The translations under genes and the position numbers were made by a program. Source: Oopsacas minuta (lineage: Eukaryota > Animalia > Porifera). Taken from it: a DNA stretch of 64,000 nt. The stretch spans positions 470,465 through 534,464 of the forward strand of contig JAKMXF010000296.1 of assembly GCA_024704765.1 (NCBI GenBank). Reading direction: 5' to 3'. Position 1 is the stretch's first letter. Every line of letters starts with the position of its first letter. The notes below the pieces were generated by a model that searched no databases, was not told the origin of the DNA, and worked only from the letters and a program-made list of their open reading frames with translations. Shown here piece by piece: positions 40,201-52,568 of this stretch.

Positions 40201-41641
40201 ATTTCACACTCGTTATTTAGGAATAAGTATAGGTTATGGGCACTGCTCTCACATCTTGCAATATGTTTTCTCACATCTGAACCATTTATAATACAATTTG
40301 TTCCTGTTTGCTTTACGATTGTTTCCGCACGTTATATGTTTGTCCAGAATTGACTAAAGAAACTGGAGGATCCCAGGGCAGATTTTTGGCATACAAGAGT
40401 GTTTTGGCCCTGGTTCGAACATTTTGAGAATTGGAACAAAATTCACACATATAGTGGAAATATGATATATTTGTCACCTTTTTCAATTTTATGAAAAATC
40501 ACATTATTTGCCATTGTTCACCTAATACGAGGGTCGTTCAAAAAGTTTTTAGAATGATTGCCGTAAGTTCATTTCTTGTACACCAATATATCTTTTATCT
40601 ATAGTACACTATTTATAACTACTCTAGTTAAATATCTAAGCTTTTTATCTGTTATTTCTTTTAAACAGCTACTTATGTAGTCAGCACTGTGTCTGATTTT
40701 AAATTCGTACCGATTTAATTTGGAAAGGAGGGACTTTCGCGCAATGATTTTTTATGACTTTATGAGAAAACTCAGTCTTAATGCATCACATATTTAACTT
40801 TAGGACACATTTGGAGAAAATCACCATCTTTGGCTATAGTGTACGACTGATACGGTGATTTTACCCGTAGACGAAAGACTCTAAGTGATGAGATGTGATC
40901 AGAACGTTCTGGGGATGCGGTTAACCAGAAAATATCCAGAAAGTTAAGAAAATAATCAAAAATGAGCGTCAATCATAATAGACGAAATAATTAGTAACCT
41001 AGACATCAACAGAGGAAGCCTCCATGCCATACTTCATGGTAATCTCTTGGTGAGGAAAGTCGCTGCACGTTGGATTCCACATAATTTTCTGAAGAACAAA
41101 TGACAACTCGAGTGGATTGGTGCAAATTTTGATCAGAAAATTCGACCATGGTAGTTCAAAGCTATTGAATACATTAATTACGGGATATGTGACTTGGATT
41201 TACCAATATGACCCAGAGACGAAGAAACAAGCAAATGGTAGCCAGTTTCATCTCTAAAAAGGGACATGTTGCTAATATTCCCCTTATAGAGCAAAAGACT
41301 GTAACTACGAATTGGTATGTCAACATTTGCATGCCTCAGGTGATAGAAAAGTGGAGCATTTTACATCCTAAAGCCTACCTCACCTCACTTCAATGGCACC
41401 ATGACAATGCAAGTGCACAAAAGGCAGCTTTGACAATGGATTTCTTTGAAGAAAATGATATAAAATTGATACACCATCCATCATATTCCCCAATTTGGCA
41501 ACATGTGACTTCTTTCTTTTGCCTAAACTAAAAATGGAGATCAAAGGGGTTCATTTAAATAATGCAGGATAGGGAAGACTGGCTTATAAAGAGGCCCCAA
41601 GACTTAACCAAAAAAGACTGGGAAAATTGTTTTGAAAGTTG

Positions 41642-44630
41642 CACAGTGGCACGGCATGTGGAAATAGGTGAAAAATTATAAGCTCAAATTGCTTTATGAT
41701 GTTGATATCTGAATTCAGCACTCCCACAAACCTCGGAAAACATTTGACCTCTCTACAATAGACTTTCCATTTAGCTCCCACGTCTATTCTAATGAGAGCA
41801 TAATTGAAATTCGAAAGATTGATTTATGGTTTGAATTTTGGTCATGATGTAATTTTGAATAATTTGGATTCTCCACGTCAAATAACTGCAATTTATAGTA
41901 TACCAATCGAAAGCTCTTATGTTGCTAAATAATAAATCACGTTAATCTTGGCTCCAATGAACAGATGGAATTTACTATTCTCATTTTAAACAAGCTTGTT
42001 CGTGCAAGTGCAATAAATAGAACACATTTCATTAAAACTCGAGTACTTTTTTGCCTTCACTTGCGGAACTTTCCATTACACTTTCCTAATAGCTCTTTCG
42101 TCTTCTACAAAATGCACTTTAAATTATGGTGTCAGGAAGTGTCAACGATATTTTTTTGCGATTTTAAATGTAATCCATTCACAATTATCTAATTTTTGGC
42201 CCATATAAATCATAAATAATTGTTGTGGTTGTTTATTAGCACATTTTTCATTATGAATAACGAAGATGCATACACGTTCTTAACTGCACAAAAGAACAAA
42301 ACAATCACTTCTCTGCGTCCTTGTTTATTGTCCTCAATAATTTGGAAGCAACAGAGCATGATACAGTTCAGAGATATTTTCCGATACTCAGAGAAGATAG
42401 GGAGAATACCTGAAACGAGCCGATATAACTACTTAGAATGTGATACCTTTTCACACACCACTTAAACACCCGAGATTGAGTACAGATTATGAATGCTCAG
42501 ATGAAGTCACGGTGATTGTGAGTGTTTCTTCTAGCCAATCAACCTCTGTTTTCGAAGAAGACTCTACTAAGCCCACCCGTAAGCCTCGAACGGAATTATC
42601 AACTAAAGGTCTTCACAACCGATTGTCCTCTTTACTAACATATCTTGAAAAAGTTTCTTTTCCAAAGAATGTTTCCGGGAAAGAACTATCCTGTTACCTA
42701 ATTGTGCTATATTCACAGACTGAATACAACTTGACTACTACCAAGTTCTGTAAAGAAATTATTGCTAAGGGAAGCTTCAGTCCAGTCTGCAATAAATTGA
42801 CCTGCGATAAAGCTGCGTTCTTGATGAATTCTTTAGAAATTGGAAAGAAGAAATACATCGATTTAAGGCGTTTATTGCTTTCAAATGTCTAGCTTCCAGG
42901 TTACAATCGATTAGCTACCCATCGATCTCAAATTTGCTTGACTAATGACATCTTTTCAGTTGATCGAGAACATCGGGTAGGCATTGCTGTATCTTACAAA
43001 AAGCTTCTGACTCATACAGTAAACAGAATATTGACTGCTACTGCCAACGAATTTCCAAGCGCCAGCAATCCTAAAAAGATACGAATTTCAGATGGACTTA
43101 ACGGTTCTGGCTCTCACCCAGTTTATCAGCAGGCGACTCACTCCAATATATCAACAAGAGTTTTATTTTATTCGGGTTTAAAGTGATTTCCATATCCGAC
43201 ATCGATAACAAACTGATTTGGAAAACCCTCTACCAAATTCTCCTTTCTCAATTAGACCCATTGCTATACTAGCTCTACAGGAGAACGAAGACACTATTCG
43301 ATATCTTATGGATACACTAATCAATAAGGAGTCTACAGAGATAACGGAAAAGGGTTTAGAACTAACAAGCGAATTTTGTGAAGTTGAAATTCAACGTTCA
43401 CAATTGGATGGCAAAATAGCTAAGATTATTAGTGGAGCTGGGGGTGCATGTTGCCAGTTCTGTACAGCGACATTCAAACAAATCCATGACCCGGATATCA
43501 TAAAAGACGGTTTTCCAATTAATCGATCCATCATAGACCTCAAAGTATTATTTGATGAAATTAACGAAGAGGAGTTTCTATCATTATCTTCTGACAACAG
43601 ATTCAACGTCACACACAGACCAATATCTGACTTAGAAACCCTACCCAGTTCGCCTTTGTATACATATCTCCAATGTTTTGGCTGGTTTTTCATCTAATTA
43701 ACCATTTGCACGCAGGAGTATTTAAGTGGTCACCAACTTCTAAGAGGGTCTCAGATGCTAAAACTTTCGTTACAAGTTTAATTAAAGACAATCTCATTGT
43801 TATCATTGACATCCCTTCAACACAAGGTGGCACAACGACTACTGGTAATGTGGTAAGACGATGCTTGATAAGAAGGGATGACAACGATTAAGATTTCCTC
43901 TACTGGGTTTTGACAGTGATCCCGTCTGAGTTCAAGTCCCACATAATTGAAATTCACACATGCCTAGGAGTAGTCCTACGCGTCTATAATAGCAGCAGAG
44001 GAGTGGATACAGAAGAACTAGCGCTTGTTTCCAGTAATATCTACCAGTCAATTCTCTGTGCATTTCCTTGGGCTTATGTTTCCCCGACGTTACACAAACT
44101 GTTAGCACATGCACCGGAAATCATCTCAACGTTTAATGATGGACATGGGCTAGAGAACTTATCTGAAAAAAGACTAGAGGCTTCTAACAAATATATTCGG
44201 AGATACAGAGATCGTCTTGCTTGCAAGTTTTCTTTTGAAGAAAATTTAAAGGATGTATTTGTTCGATTGATTTCTCACAGTGATCTCATGCTGTTAATGA
44301 ATCGCAAGTTTTCTATTCCGAGGCCTCCATCTAGTCAAGGACTTAGAAGTAGCCAAGATATTTTAGTGAACACCCTTATTCGTGATCATGAAGATCATAA
44401 TGATGATTAAAAGTAAACCTCTCAGTCGATTAATAGAAAATTTGGGGAATTTTCACACCTCAGATAGGTGACAATGACGTCATAACTTTGTCACCTGAAG
44501 GGATAGAGAAAAAATGAGTATATCATTCGATTCTTTGGGGTCGAAAACCTATATGACAATAATACATTTTGAGGACCTATGTCCCATCAAAATGCCTATT
44601 TCCACATTCTGACCATTTCGTGCCACTGTG
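41642..44630 (+). mobile_element. Transib / RAG1-like DNA transposon (2989 bp) nested in the mariner
   Basis: Both ends begin CACAGTGGCACG; perfect 5-bp TSD AGTTG (41637-41641 and 44631-44635). Removing the element restores the mariner frame (..CFE S W FRR..). Confidence 0.93.
42220..44410 (+). pseudogene. RAG1-core-like transposase, fragmented into six ORF pieces
   Basis: RKPRTELSTKGLHNRL (nonamer-binding-domain-like), DGLNGSGSH (first catalytic Asp region), SQLDGK..SGAGGACCQFCTAT (cf. RAG1 YDEK..SGSVYICTLCDAT), SPTLHKLLAHAPEII (cf. FHKTLAHVPEII) and LSEKRLEASNKYIRRYR (cf. SEGNESGNKLFRRFR). The true start codon is uncertain. Confidence 0.88.
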
Positions 44631-44667
44631 AGTTGGTTTAGAAGGATGGATTTATGCATACAGTCAT

Positions 44668-44751
44668 CTAGTATATACTTCGAGAAACTATATAATAATA
44701 ATCCATTTCCTAGTATATACTTCGAGAAACTATATAATAATAATCCATTTC
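44668..44751 (+). repeat. Perfect 42-bp tandem duplication at the mariner transposase 3' end
   Basis: CTAGTATATACTTCGAGAAACTATATAATAATAATCCATTTC occurs twice in tandem. Confidence 0.9.
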
Positions 44752-46638
44752 CTACTATTGCTTCTATAGATTCTAAAAACTTTTTGGACTACCCTCGTAT
44801 GGTTGGTAGATGTGGAAATTTGAATCACGTGTCGCTCATTATGCCACACGTACTGACTTCATTTTTGTCCCAATACAAAATTTTTATGTGTTAATTATGT
44901 CATCATTACTCTACAAAAAGATCTAAATTTCCCGAAAATCGTTTTTGTTGAAATCTTCATATTCATCTATTACGAAGTGCCTTGATATCAAACCAAAAAC
45001 CACGTGGGAGCTCCAGGGTTGCCAACTATGCCCTTTTAACTGCATTTGGGTGGAATATGGATAATATATGCTTTAAATTTCTTTGGTATATTCCTGTAGC
45101 ACGTGGTGCGGTGTATATTCCGTTTCGTAGCTACAATCAACACTATTAAATATAGCTGTTTAATCTTTAACTAACAAGAGGTACTAAGTTGTCGCGCAGC
45201 GAACTAACAAGCAAAGCACCCTTGTCTTCTCTGATACAGACATCATTAACTTAGTTTCGTGAGGCATAGCAATGCCGTGCAATTGCATAGCTTGATACCT
45301 CTTGTTCCTGTCTTAGGTATTCATTTCCAACAGTTTTTTTCTACTTCCGATATGCAGTTGTTGTCTTCAAATTCTTCAGTCACTGTATTTCCAATGGAAC
45401 TAAATCTGGGCAATAGAGGACGCGTTCAGTATTTACATAGTTTCTAATAAAAAGTGCAATCATCAAATTCAGGTCATGAACTGTTGTGAACTTTGTGACA
45501 TTTTAAGAATTTTATGCAGTTTGAATATACATCATTAGATAATGAGTAGGGTTGGTTTCGGTTTCCGGTTAACCAGTTAACCGTTGCTATATCCAATTGA
45601 CTGCTACGAGAATATTTATATTCCGTTAATAGCCTAGTATCATTTCCAACAATATTTCAGTATTTCTAAGGTTTTTAGTGTTAAGATATATTTATGCACG
45701 AAATCAACTAGTTATGTACTTAAGAGAGGATATATTTTAGGTCCGTATTCTCAAATTCACAAGTTTTGTAATAGATAATTGCATCTCGATTGCCATAATG
45801 TTAAGGAAAATTTTTATATGGTGTCGTCTTTTTGGCAAGATTCAGTGGTTACTCATACTTTTTGGATCTCAGATCGGTATAGGATTATTTATTTAATTTA
45901 TCCGTTCTATTGATTAACCTGGGAAACCTTATATGAAATTTTTATGATGATATTATCGGATATAACTTAACAAATAGTATTGTTTTGATTTTTTCAAAGA
46001 ATCAGGATTTCTATCAACCCTGCCTATAAACATTGCTGATGACAACCGTGATTGTACAAAGTTATTTTTCCTATGCCTTGGTGAAGACTGTATTTTACCA
46101 ATTTATATAGATTATTTTCTTTAGCGGTTTTCTGCAGGATAGACAAATTTTTCTAACTTGATAATAGTTCTGGTTACTTTGTTTGTTTGATTAGAATGTA
46201 TTATATATTCCGAAATCGTTACTCGGTTGTATAAACCTCGTCGATACTCTGAGATCCTATCAGTCTCGAGGGAGGCTAATCGTACTCAGATTTTAATCGC
46301 TCTATGGTGGATCCTATTTGTCTAATTTATACAATATGCACACATTTATATATTTAAGTTCTACAATGTAACCTCCACAAATTGGTTGTCTGGAGGGGCA
46401 GAAGTTTATTACTCAGCTTTCCGATTGCTTCTAATTGCCCAATTTATTTAAGTGCATTTGTATGTGAATACTTAATACTTATCTTTAACTACGTTTTCAT
46501 AAGCCTCATTTGTAGCGGTTCCATATATTCTGACCTTTAACAAATCTAGAACTTGTTCTTCCAGTGTATTCAATTTATTAGTAATCCTACTCAATAAGAA
46601 GTCATATCATATTCTTTCTTTACCCATTCTTTTCGTAG

Positions 46639-46939
46639 GTTGTTTTCACCAAAGACGATTTTCTATGGCTACTTCACAATGAAACAACTTTGGAAATATC
46701 TGTGAGCAGAATTGTTTCCAATAATGAATCTCCCGGTGATAGAATCGAATCTTTGTTTCTGTTTGACCCCGAAACTTTTTTCTATATTCTACTTCCACCA
46801 ATAATATTTTATGCTGGATATAGTATGAAAAAACGTCACTTTTTTCGGAACATATTTTCCTTGCTTACATATGCATTCATTGGAACTACTATTTCCACTT
46901 TCGTCATTGGTACAATTTTATATTCCTATGTATTATTAG
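46639..46939 (+). CDS. SLC9A6/7/9-like: Na+/H+ exchanger coding exon 3
   Basis: Acceptor TTTTCGTAG, phase 0. Encodes VVFTKDD...LFDPETFFYILLPPIIFYAGYSMKKRHFFRNIFSLLTYAFIGTTIS (canonical NHE motifs). Phase-1 donor G|GTGAGT at 46940. Confidence 0.93.
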
Positions 46940-49900
46940 GTGAGTATCATTTTTAATTTCTATTCAAAGGTGGTTTCACTATTTTGAGGAACTAGTCAAT
47001 TTGTTTATGTTGTTGCAGCTTGTGTAACTAAAAATTTCGGAATTTGGCAACAATTACTATTCTTCACTAATCATGGCTGAGGTTGTTTAATCGATTAAAC
47101 TTTGTTCGATAACTGAGGTTATCCGACCAGCCGCTAATATCCTTCTTCTGCAAAAGATGATGCCTCATACTAGAATGTATATATTCATCATATCTACTGT
47201 ATACCATTACTATTTTAGGTTTCTCTGGATGCAACATCCAGGTTTAGATATGGGCTACTGGCCATAGATAGACAACTATGCAACTAATCGACGCGAAATT
47301 ATCCATTCACCAGGCGTATATATATCTCAAACTATTAACCAGGAAAAGATTAGGACGTCATTTATCAAATTTCAATCTGACCAATCAGTTCACTCTCATT
47401 GTAATTTATTTTGATTGCAATTATATTGGTTACGATTAAGGCATTAGTCGATCGTGTTGAACAAGATCTCGATTCCGATCTTAGCTGAAATTATGATCAA
47501 GATCCATATTTCAATAACGATCGCGATCCCGACCTCGATCATTTTTCCAATCCTTTGTATAATATTCAGGACATATATTTTTGATAGTTACATCATTTCT
47601 TATGCCAAAAGAAACATAGGAGGAGAATCACCTCATTCTTCGAACGAGTATTACTGATTGTTGAACACAAATTTGGAATCATTTCCTAAGTATAAACTCG
47701 CTAAGGATAGTAGCATACAAAGTATACAAAAATGATTAATAATTTGTGTGCAACATATGATCGTACGATTATAATGCCCTACATACCTATGGACTGTTGC
47801 GTAATATTTTGAGGCACTGTAAGATACTACCATTGATATTGAGCATCTATAATATTTTGAAGCACGATGATATTTTGAATAGAATGCTAGCAAAACCAAC
47901 AAAACCAATGGGCCATCTATGGCGTATTATAGCGTGAGAATTAGTAAGAGGTCCTATTTCCCTCCATTGGTTTCCGATATGCTAGGTATTACGTACCTCA
48001 GGTGTCGCCAACATGCTTGTGGTTTATGTCCCAAAAGGCGATTACACCAGGAAGAAGCGAAGCACTCTGGAGTTCGTACGCTCTGAATAAACATTTGACG
48101 GTGTCTTATTCATAGAATATCTGGTTTCCACTTTGAGAGATGAATTTGGGAGGTTATTGTAACGTCATGTCTCGTACTTTAGGTATTTACATTATACCTA
48201 CCTCAGAATATTATACTTCCTCATTTTAGTATAAAACAGGCCTGGATGCATTATGATACCGAATTAGAATTTATCTAAAATGTCGCTTACTTGTTAAAAC
48301 TGTGTGTAATAAAGAATTATAACCTAGAATACTAGAATTTCTATGGTATATGTTCAGTTTCCAAAGACTTTTGTCTCTTTTCAACAAATACGAAATTAGC
48401 AGCCAATTCAAATATATAATACATGTTCACTTCAATCATTTATATGACCGACTTTCCGTTTAGCTAAAGAAAACCCTAGTTATTATTCGAAAGTATAGCG
48501 TTGGTGGATTACGAAAATGTAATCATATTTGAATAATACATATGATGACTTAGCATTGAGGTTTTAAAATTTTCCATTCGTGTCAGCTATTATATGTTAT
48601 TTACTCGGCTTCTCATTATTATTTTGATACAAGTTTTCTTCTATATACAATTGAGGGCTGGTGGAGTATGTGTTTAACATTTCTCTCAAAACATGACTAC
48701 TTTTTTGAATTATTTGATTTTGAAAGGTCCACGAAGAATTTAGACTATCGTCACTTCAGTCACTAATTTAACTCACTTGTACTCATCAATCGGGAGTGAG
48801 AGTGGTAGGAGATTAATCATATCCTCCATAAAGTAGGGTCGGTTCAAACTCATGTTTCTCACTCTAAATCCGGGTGAAATACAATCATTTTTATGTTGAT
48901 TGATACTTGAGATAAAGATATTTATAATATTATGATATTATTCGTGAAACACTACAAATTATCACGGCCTGCATAAATTGATAAATTCTCAGGTTTTTTG
49001 TATATTACCAATTCTAACTTTCAGATCATTTCAGAAAGTTATTTCTCATCACAACCGCTTCAAAATATATCGATGCCTTCTTTCATAACATATAATTTAA
49101 TTTCCTTAAGAAGAACTTGGGTTGCTATTAGTTTTTTATCATTTGGTCGTAATATATTTTGAAGGGCCCATTTCATTTTGAGTCAATGCTAAACTTATTC
49201 TTGTCCATACAAGTAAATACGTACGTACTAGTAACATTTGCGTCAATTTCATTGTTTTTTTCTTCGGAACTAACCTATCTAATTTATCCTAGCACAAAAT
49301 CACTTATTCTCATATATTGATGGATATTTAAGTTGTAAGTAAACTGTAGCTGAGTGTTCAATATCAGATTATCATTTTGATATCTATATTGACACTTGAA
49401 TTCGAGTTACGAGATAATATGTTTCTCCATGTGGCCATCATTTACCTCTGATTTAACCGTGTATAAAATTTAGAAGAGTTGATTTCATTAATTGTATTGA
49501 TCAAGATAATTCTGAAGATAAACACTTTATTTCTTCAATACATCTGAAGTTCAGTTGTGTAGATGGCGCAAAATTCTATGGTCTATCTAATGCTGGAAAT
49601 ATATCTGGATTTTGCAATTCACTGATTAACGTCTTATTGATCAGTGTTTTCACTTCATTAATGCATCACAGGCGCTTATAACAATAGCTTTGTTGAGTGT
49701 TGTCGACTGTTAGTTTTGTGGTTAGTTCTAGCACAACCTGGTCATAGTTTAGTTTATCAATTGTTTGATAAAATTATGTCTGTTAAATGGAGAAATTTTG
49801 AGCATTACATTAGTTGGTTATTCGAATATACGAATGAATTCGTACTAATAGTATTTCCTGGTTACAAAATGTTTATTCTAAATACCTTGTTCGTGTTGAA

Positions 49901-50494
49901 TGTTAGTTAAGGAACCAATTCCCCGGATCCCCTTCCCCAGGCTCACAATCAAAAGTGTAATGTAGAAAGTGAACAAGTTTTCGATACAATGTTAGTGGTC
50001 AGCTCTGGAGTTGACTTTGAGATTAAAAGTTGTGAATCTGTAGAATTTTATCTCGAAGTGACATAGTGAGATAGTTTGTGCATTACCGAATCGAACCTTG
50101 GAATGTCATCAATCAGTAATTGGATGAATGTATTTCTTCTAATTTTCATGATGTAAGCTATATGTGTGTTTTGAAGTTTACCAATTCAACTAATTTTCAA
50201 TTTTCAGTTATTTTGGGATAATTGTTTTTTAGAAATTAGGATTTGCTAAGAGGGGCCTCAAAACTGATTAAGCTAGAGGTCCACACATAGTAGTTCTGGT
50301 ACTGTCTAGACCAGAGTGTAATTGCTTAATTGTAGACAATATGTATTTTCTATTGAGGACAAGAAATATTATAGTAGTCGTATAGTGGTCAAGTAATATT
50401 CTGAAGGATCTCTTTCTCTTCATCTCTCCAAACAGCCAGTAGTCGCTGGGAGCCAGGTCTGGACTATACGGGGGATGAGGGAGACATTCGTATC

Positions 50495-51418
50495 CTAAGT
50501 CGTCAACTTGCCTCGCCTCTCACGTTTACTTACTTGACGCAATTCTTTCAATTCGTCAACGTAATAATCACTGTTTATGGTTGTCTTCTTAGGCAACCAG
50601 TCGAGGTGTATAATTTCTTCCCTATCCCAAAATACTGTTGCCATTCTCTTCCCAGCTGATTTTGCAGCCTCTAACTCGATGGGTAGAGCTTCATCACGTC
50701 TCTTCCACTGCTTCGATTGAGTTTTGCTCTCTGGTTCATAATAATGAAACCAAGTTTCATCCTCCGTTACTATACGATCCAAAAAGTCTTCCTCTGCCTT
50801 GTATCTTGAAACTAATTCTTTGCCAACTTTGACCCTTTCGCGTTTTCGTTCTTTTGAAAGATGTTTTGAGACCCAACTCACAGTTACCTTCGACATTTCC
50901 AGATCTTCAATGATAATCGAGTGTAGTTTGGCTTTTGATATACCTATCCTCTCTTCTAACTCTCGCAGGGTTATTCGTCTGTCCTCACCCACAATTGTTT
51001 GGACCCTCTCGATATTACTGCTGGTTTTTGAGGAAGTCGGACGAGCTAGACGAGGGTCATCGTGGAGTTCCTCATCGCCATTATCAAAATGTTCGATCCA
51101 TCTATATATGGTAGCTTTCAAGGGATATTCATCACCGAAACTATTCTGCATTTCACGAAGAATGTATGAGCCAGTCTTCCCCTTTTTCCACAGGTCCAAA
51201 TATTTTGTCGTTGTCCTTCTTTGCTAAAATCCATTATTTGACAAAAGTAACCTAGACAAATGAAACTTTTACTGAAGAATATGCTAGTAGAGTAAAGAGT
51301 ATATTGTATCGAAGTTCGAGCATCAAGTTATGCTTGTAATCTGATATTAGTCTTAGAGCTGTATTAACTAGAATATGAATTCGATACACTAGTCTCATTA
51401 CTTATTGAACAACGTTTG
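50495..51418 (-). mobile_element. 3'-truncated mariner transposon
   Basis: TIR-like end CTTATTGAACAACGTTTG+TA at ~51401-51420. Transposase from ATG ~51234 with a frameshift near 51200: HTH, WVSKHL, IVTEDETW, YYEPESKTQSKQW, KRMATVFWD. Stops before the second catalytic Asp (HDNA). Confidence 0.85.
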
Positions 51419-51773
51419 TAAATGCAATTATGTGAATTCTTATGAACTTTCTGTTTATGGCACAGGTGCTGGTTCCCTATGACAAATTACAAGTCGTATG
51501 TGTAGCAAATGTATGAATATTTAGATGTTTAGACAATAGTAAGAATCATACATGGCAACCTATGTTTCTCATTGTGTTACAATTTCAAACATGTGCAGTA
51601 AGTTGCAATAGAGAAGAAATTGAAATCATTCATTGCAGAATTTATACTGAGATTTATATATCCCTTAGTGATAATTTCTAGAATAGCTCTGAATCCTACC
51701 TCTAAATTTATCTCTTTGAACCATCTTGAGGGAGAAATTCTATAATATGAGAGTGGTATCTACGCTTAAATAT

Positions 51774-52568
51774 CGGATACCGACATCTCGCTACACGACA
51801 TTTCGTTACACGACATTTCGCTACTTATTTGATTGGTCAATTTTAATTATTATTTATAATTAAATTATTCCCCTTAAATATTATAAAATCTACCCTTGTA
51901 GAATCCCAGTTATAGTTTAGATTCTTGTAAAGCCGTTCAAAGTATTACGTCTAGATGCATACAAGATGAATACTTTTCGAATATATCCGGAAGGTTGGTG
52001 CTGGAGTTATGACGGTCTATAGAAGTACTGTGAACACCAAAAGGCGTTTTCACGCTTGCCTCCAGCAATTGGTCGCCCCACTAGTTCATGGTCAGCAAAG
52101 CGACCTTGAATTCCAAGAAAATATTGCTGTCGTTTGTAATTTTGAAAATAGAGTAAAATGCTCTGACTAAGATAGATGAAAGTTATTTTAGGATTCATAT
52201 ATATGGTTCATCATGAGCAGATTATACTGCTCATGATGAATCATATATACGAATCCTAAAATAACTTTCATCTATCTTAGTCAGAGCATTTTACCCTATC
52301 AGGGAAACTATACAAGTTTGGCCTTAGAAATTCACAGTTGATACATTGAAATTCCTATATTATTATCGAATCCTTATTTCAAGAACAATTTATGAGTATT
52401 ATTTAACTCTACTTAGAATTGTATATTGATATCTGAGTACTTTATTTATTTTTCAAACCGTTAAACTACTTTAAAATTTGATTTAAAATAATAATTAAAA
52501 TTGACCAATCAAATAAGTAGCGAAATGTCGTGTAACAAAATGTCGCTGTAGCGAAATGTCGGACTTCC
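51774..52568. mobile_element. Mutator-type MITE with long TIRs built from CGACATTTCGCTA repeats
   Basis: ~80-bp TIRs and perfect 9-bp TSD CTTAAATAT (51765-51773 and 52569-52577). Confidence 0.88.
52151..52296. mobile_element. 146-bp near-perfect hairpin MITE with TA flanks, nested in the Mutator MITE
   Basis: ~70-bp inverted arms (GTAAAATGCTCTGACTAAGATAGATGAAAGTTATTTTAGGATTC...CATCATGAGCAG) around a 6-nt loop ATTATA. TA at 52149-50 and 52297-98. Confidence 0.85.

Larger units (their letters stand above)
40528..44797 (+). mobile_element. mariner transposon (~1.28 kb once the nested Transib is removed), decayed
   Basis: TIRs CGAGGGT(C/A)GT(T/C)CAAAAAGTTTTTAG with TA on both sides (40526-27 and 44798-99). 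Fragments ARWIPH, WIYQYDPETK, HHDNASA, HPSYSP and WENCFESWFRRMDLCI..YFEKL. Confidence 0.92.

Noticed and set aside
41642-44630. RAG2-like partner gene or N-terminal RING finger in the Transib
   Set aside because: There is no space or ORF for a convergent RAG2L, and the Cys/His residues at 41965-42200 do not form a convincing zinc-finger pattern in any frame.
47219-47241. Candidate small exon between exons 3 and 4 (TTTTAG..CCAG|GTTTAG)
   Set aside because: It is 23 nt, phase 1 to phase 0, and would frameshift exon 4; exons 3 and 4 already join in frame.
43391-51227. Antisense ORFs 43391-43693 and 50799-51227 (also 7823-8086 and 19350-19613)
   Set aside because: These are shadows on the opposite strand of transposase coding sequence.
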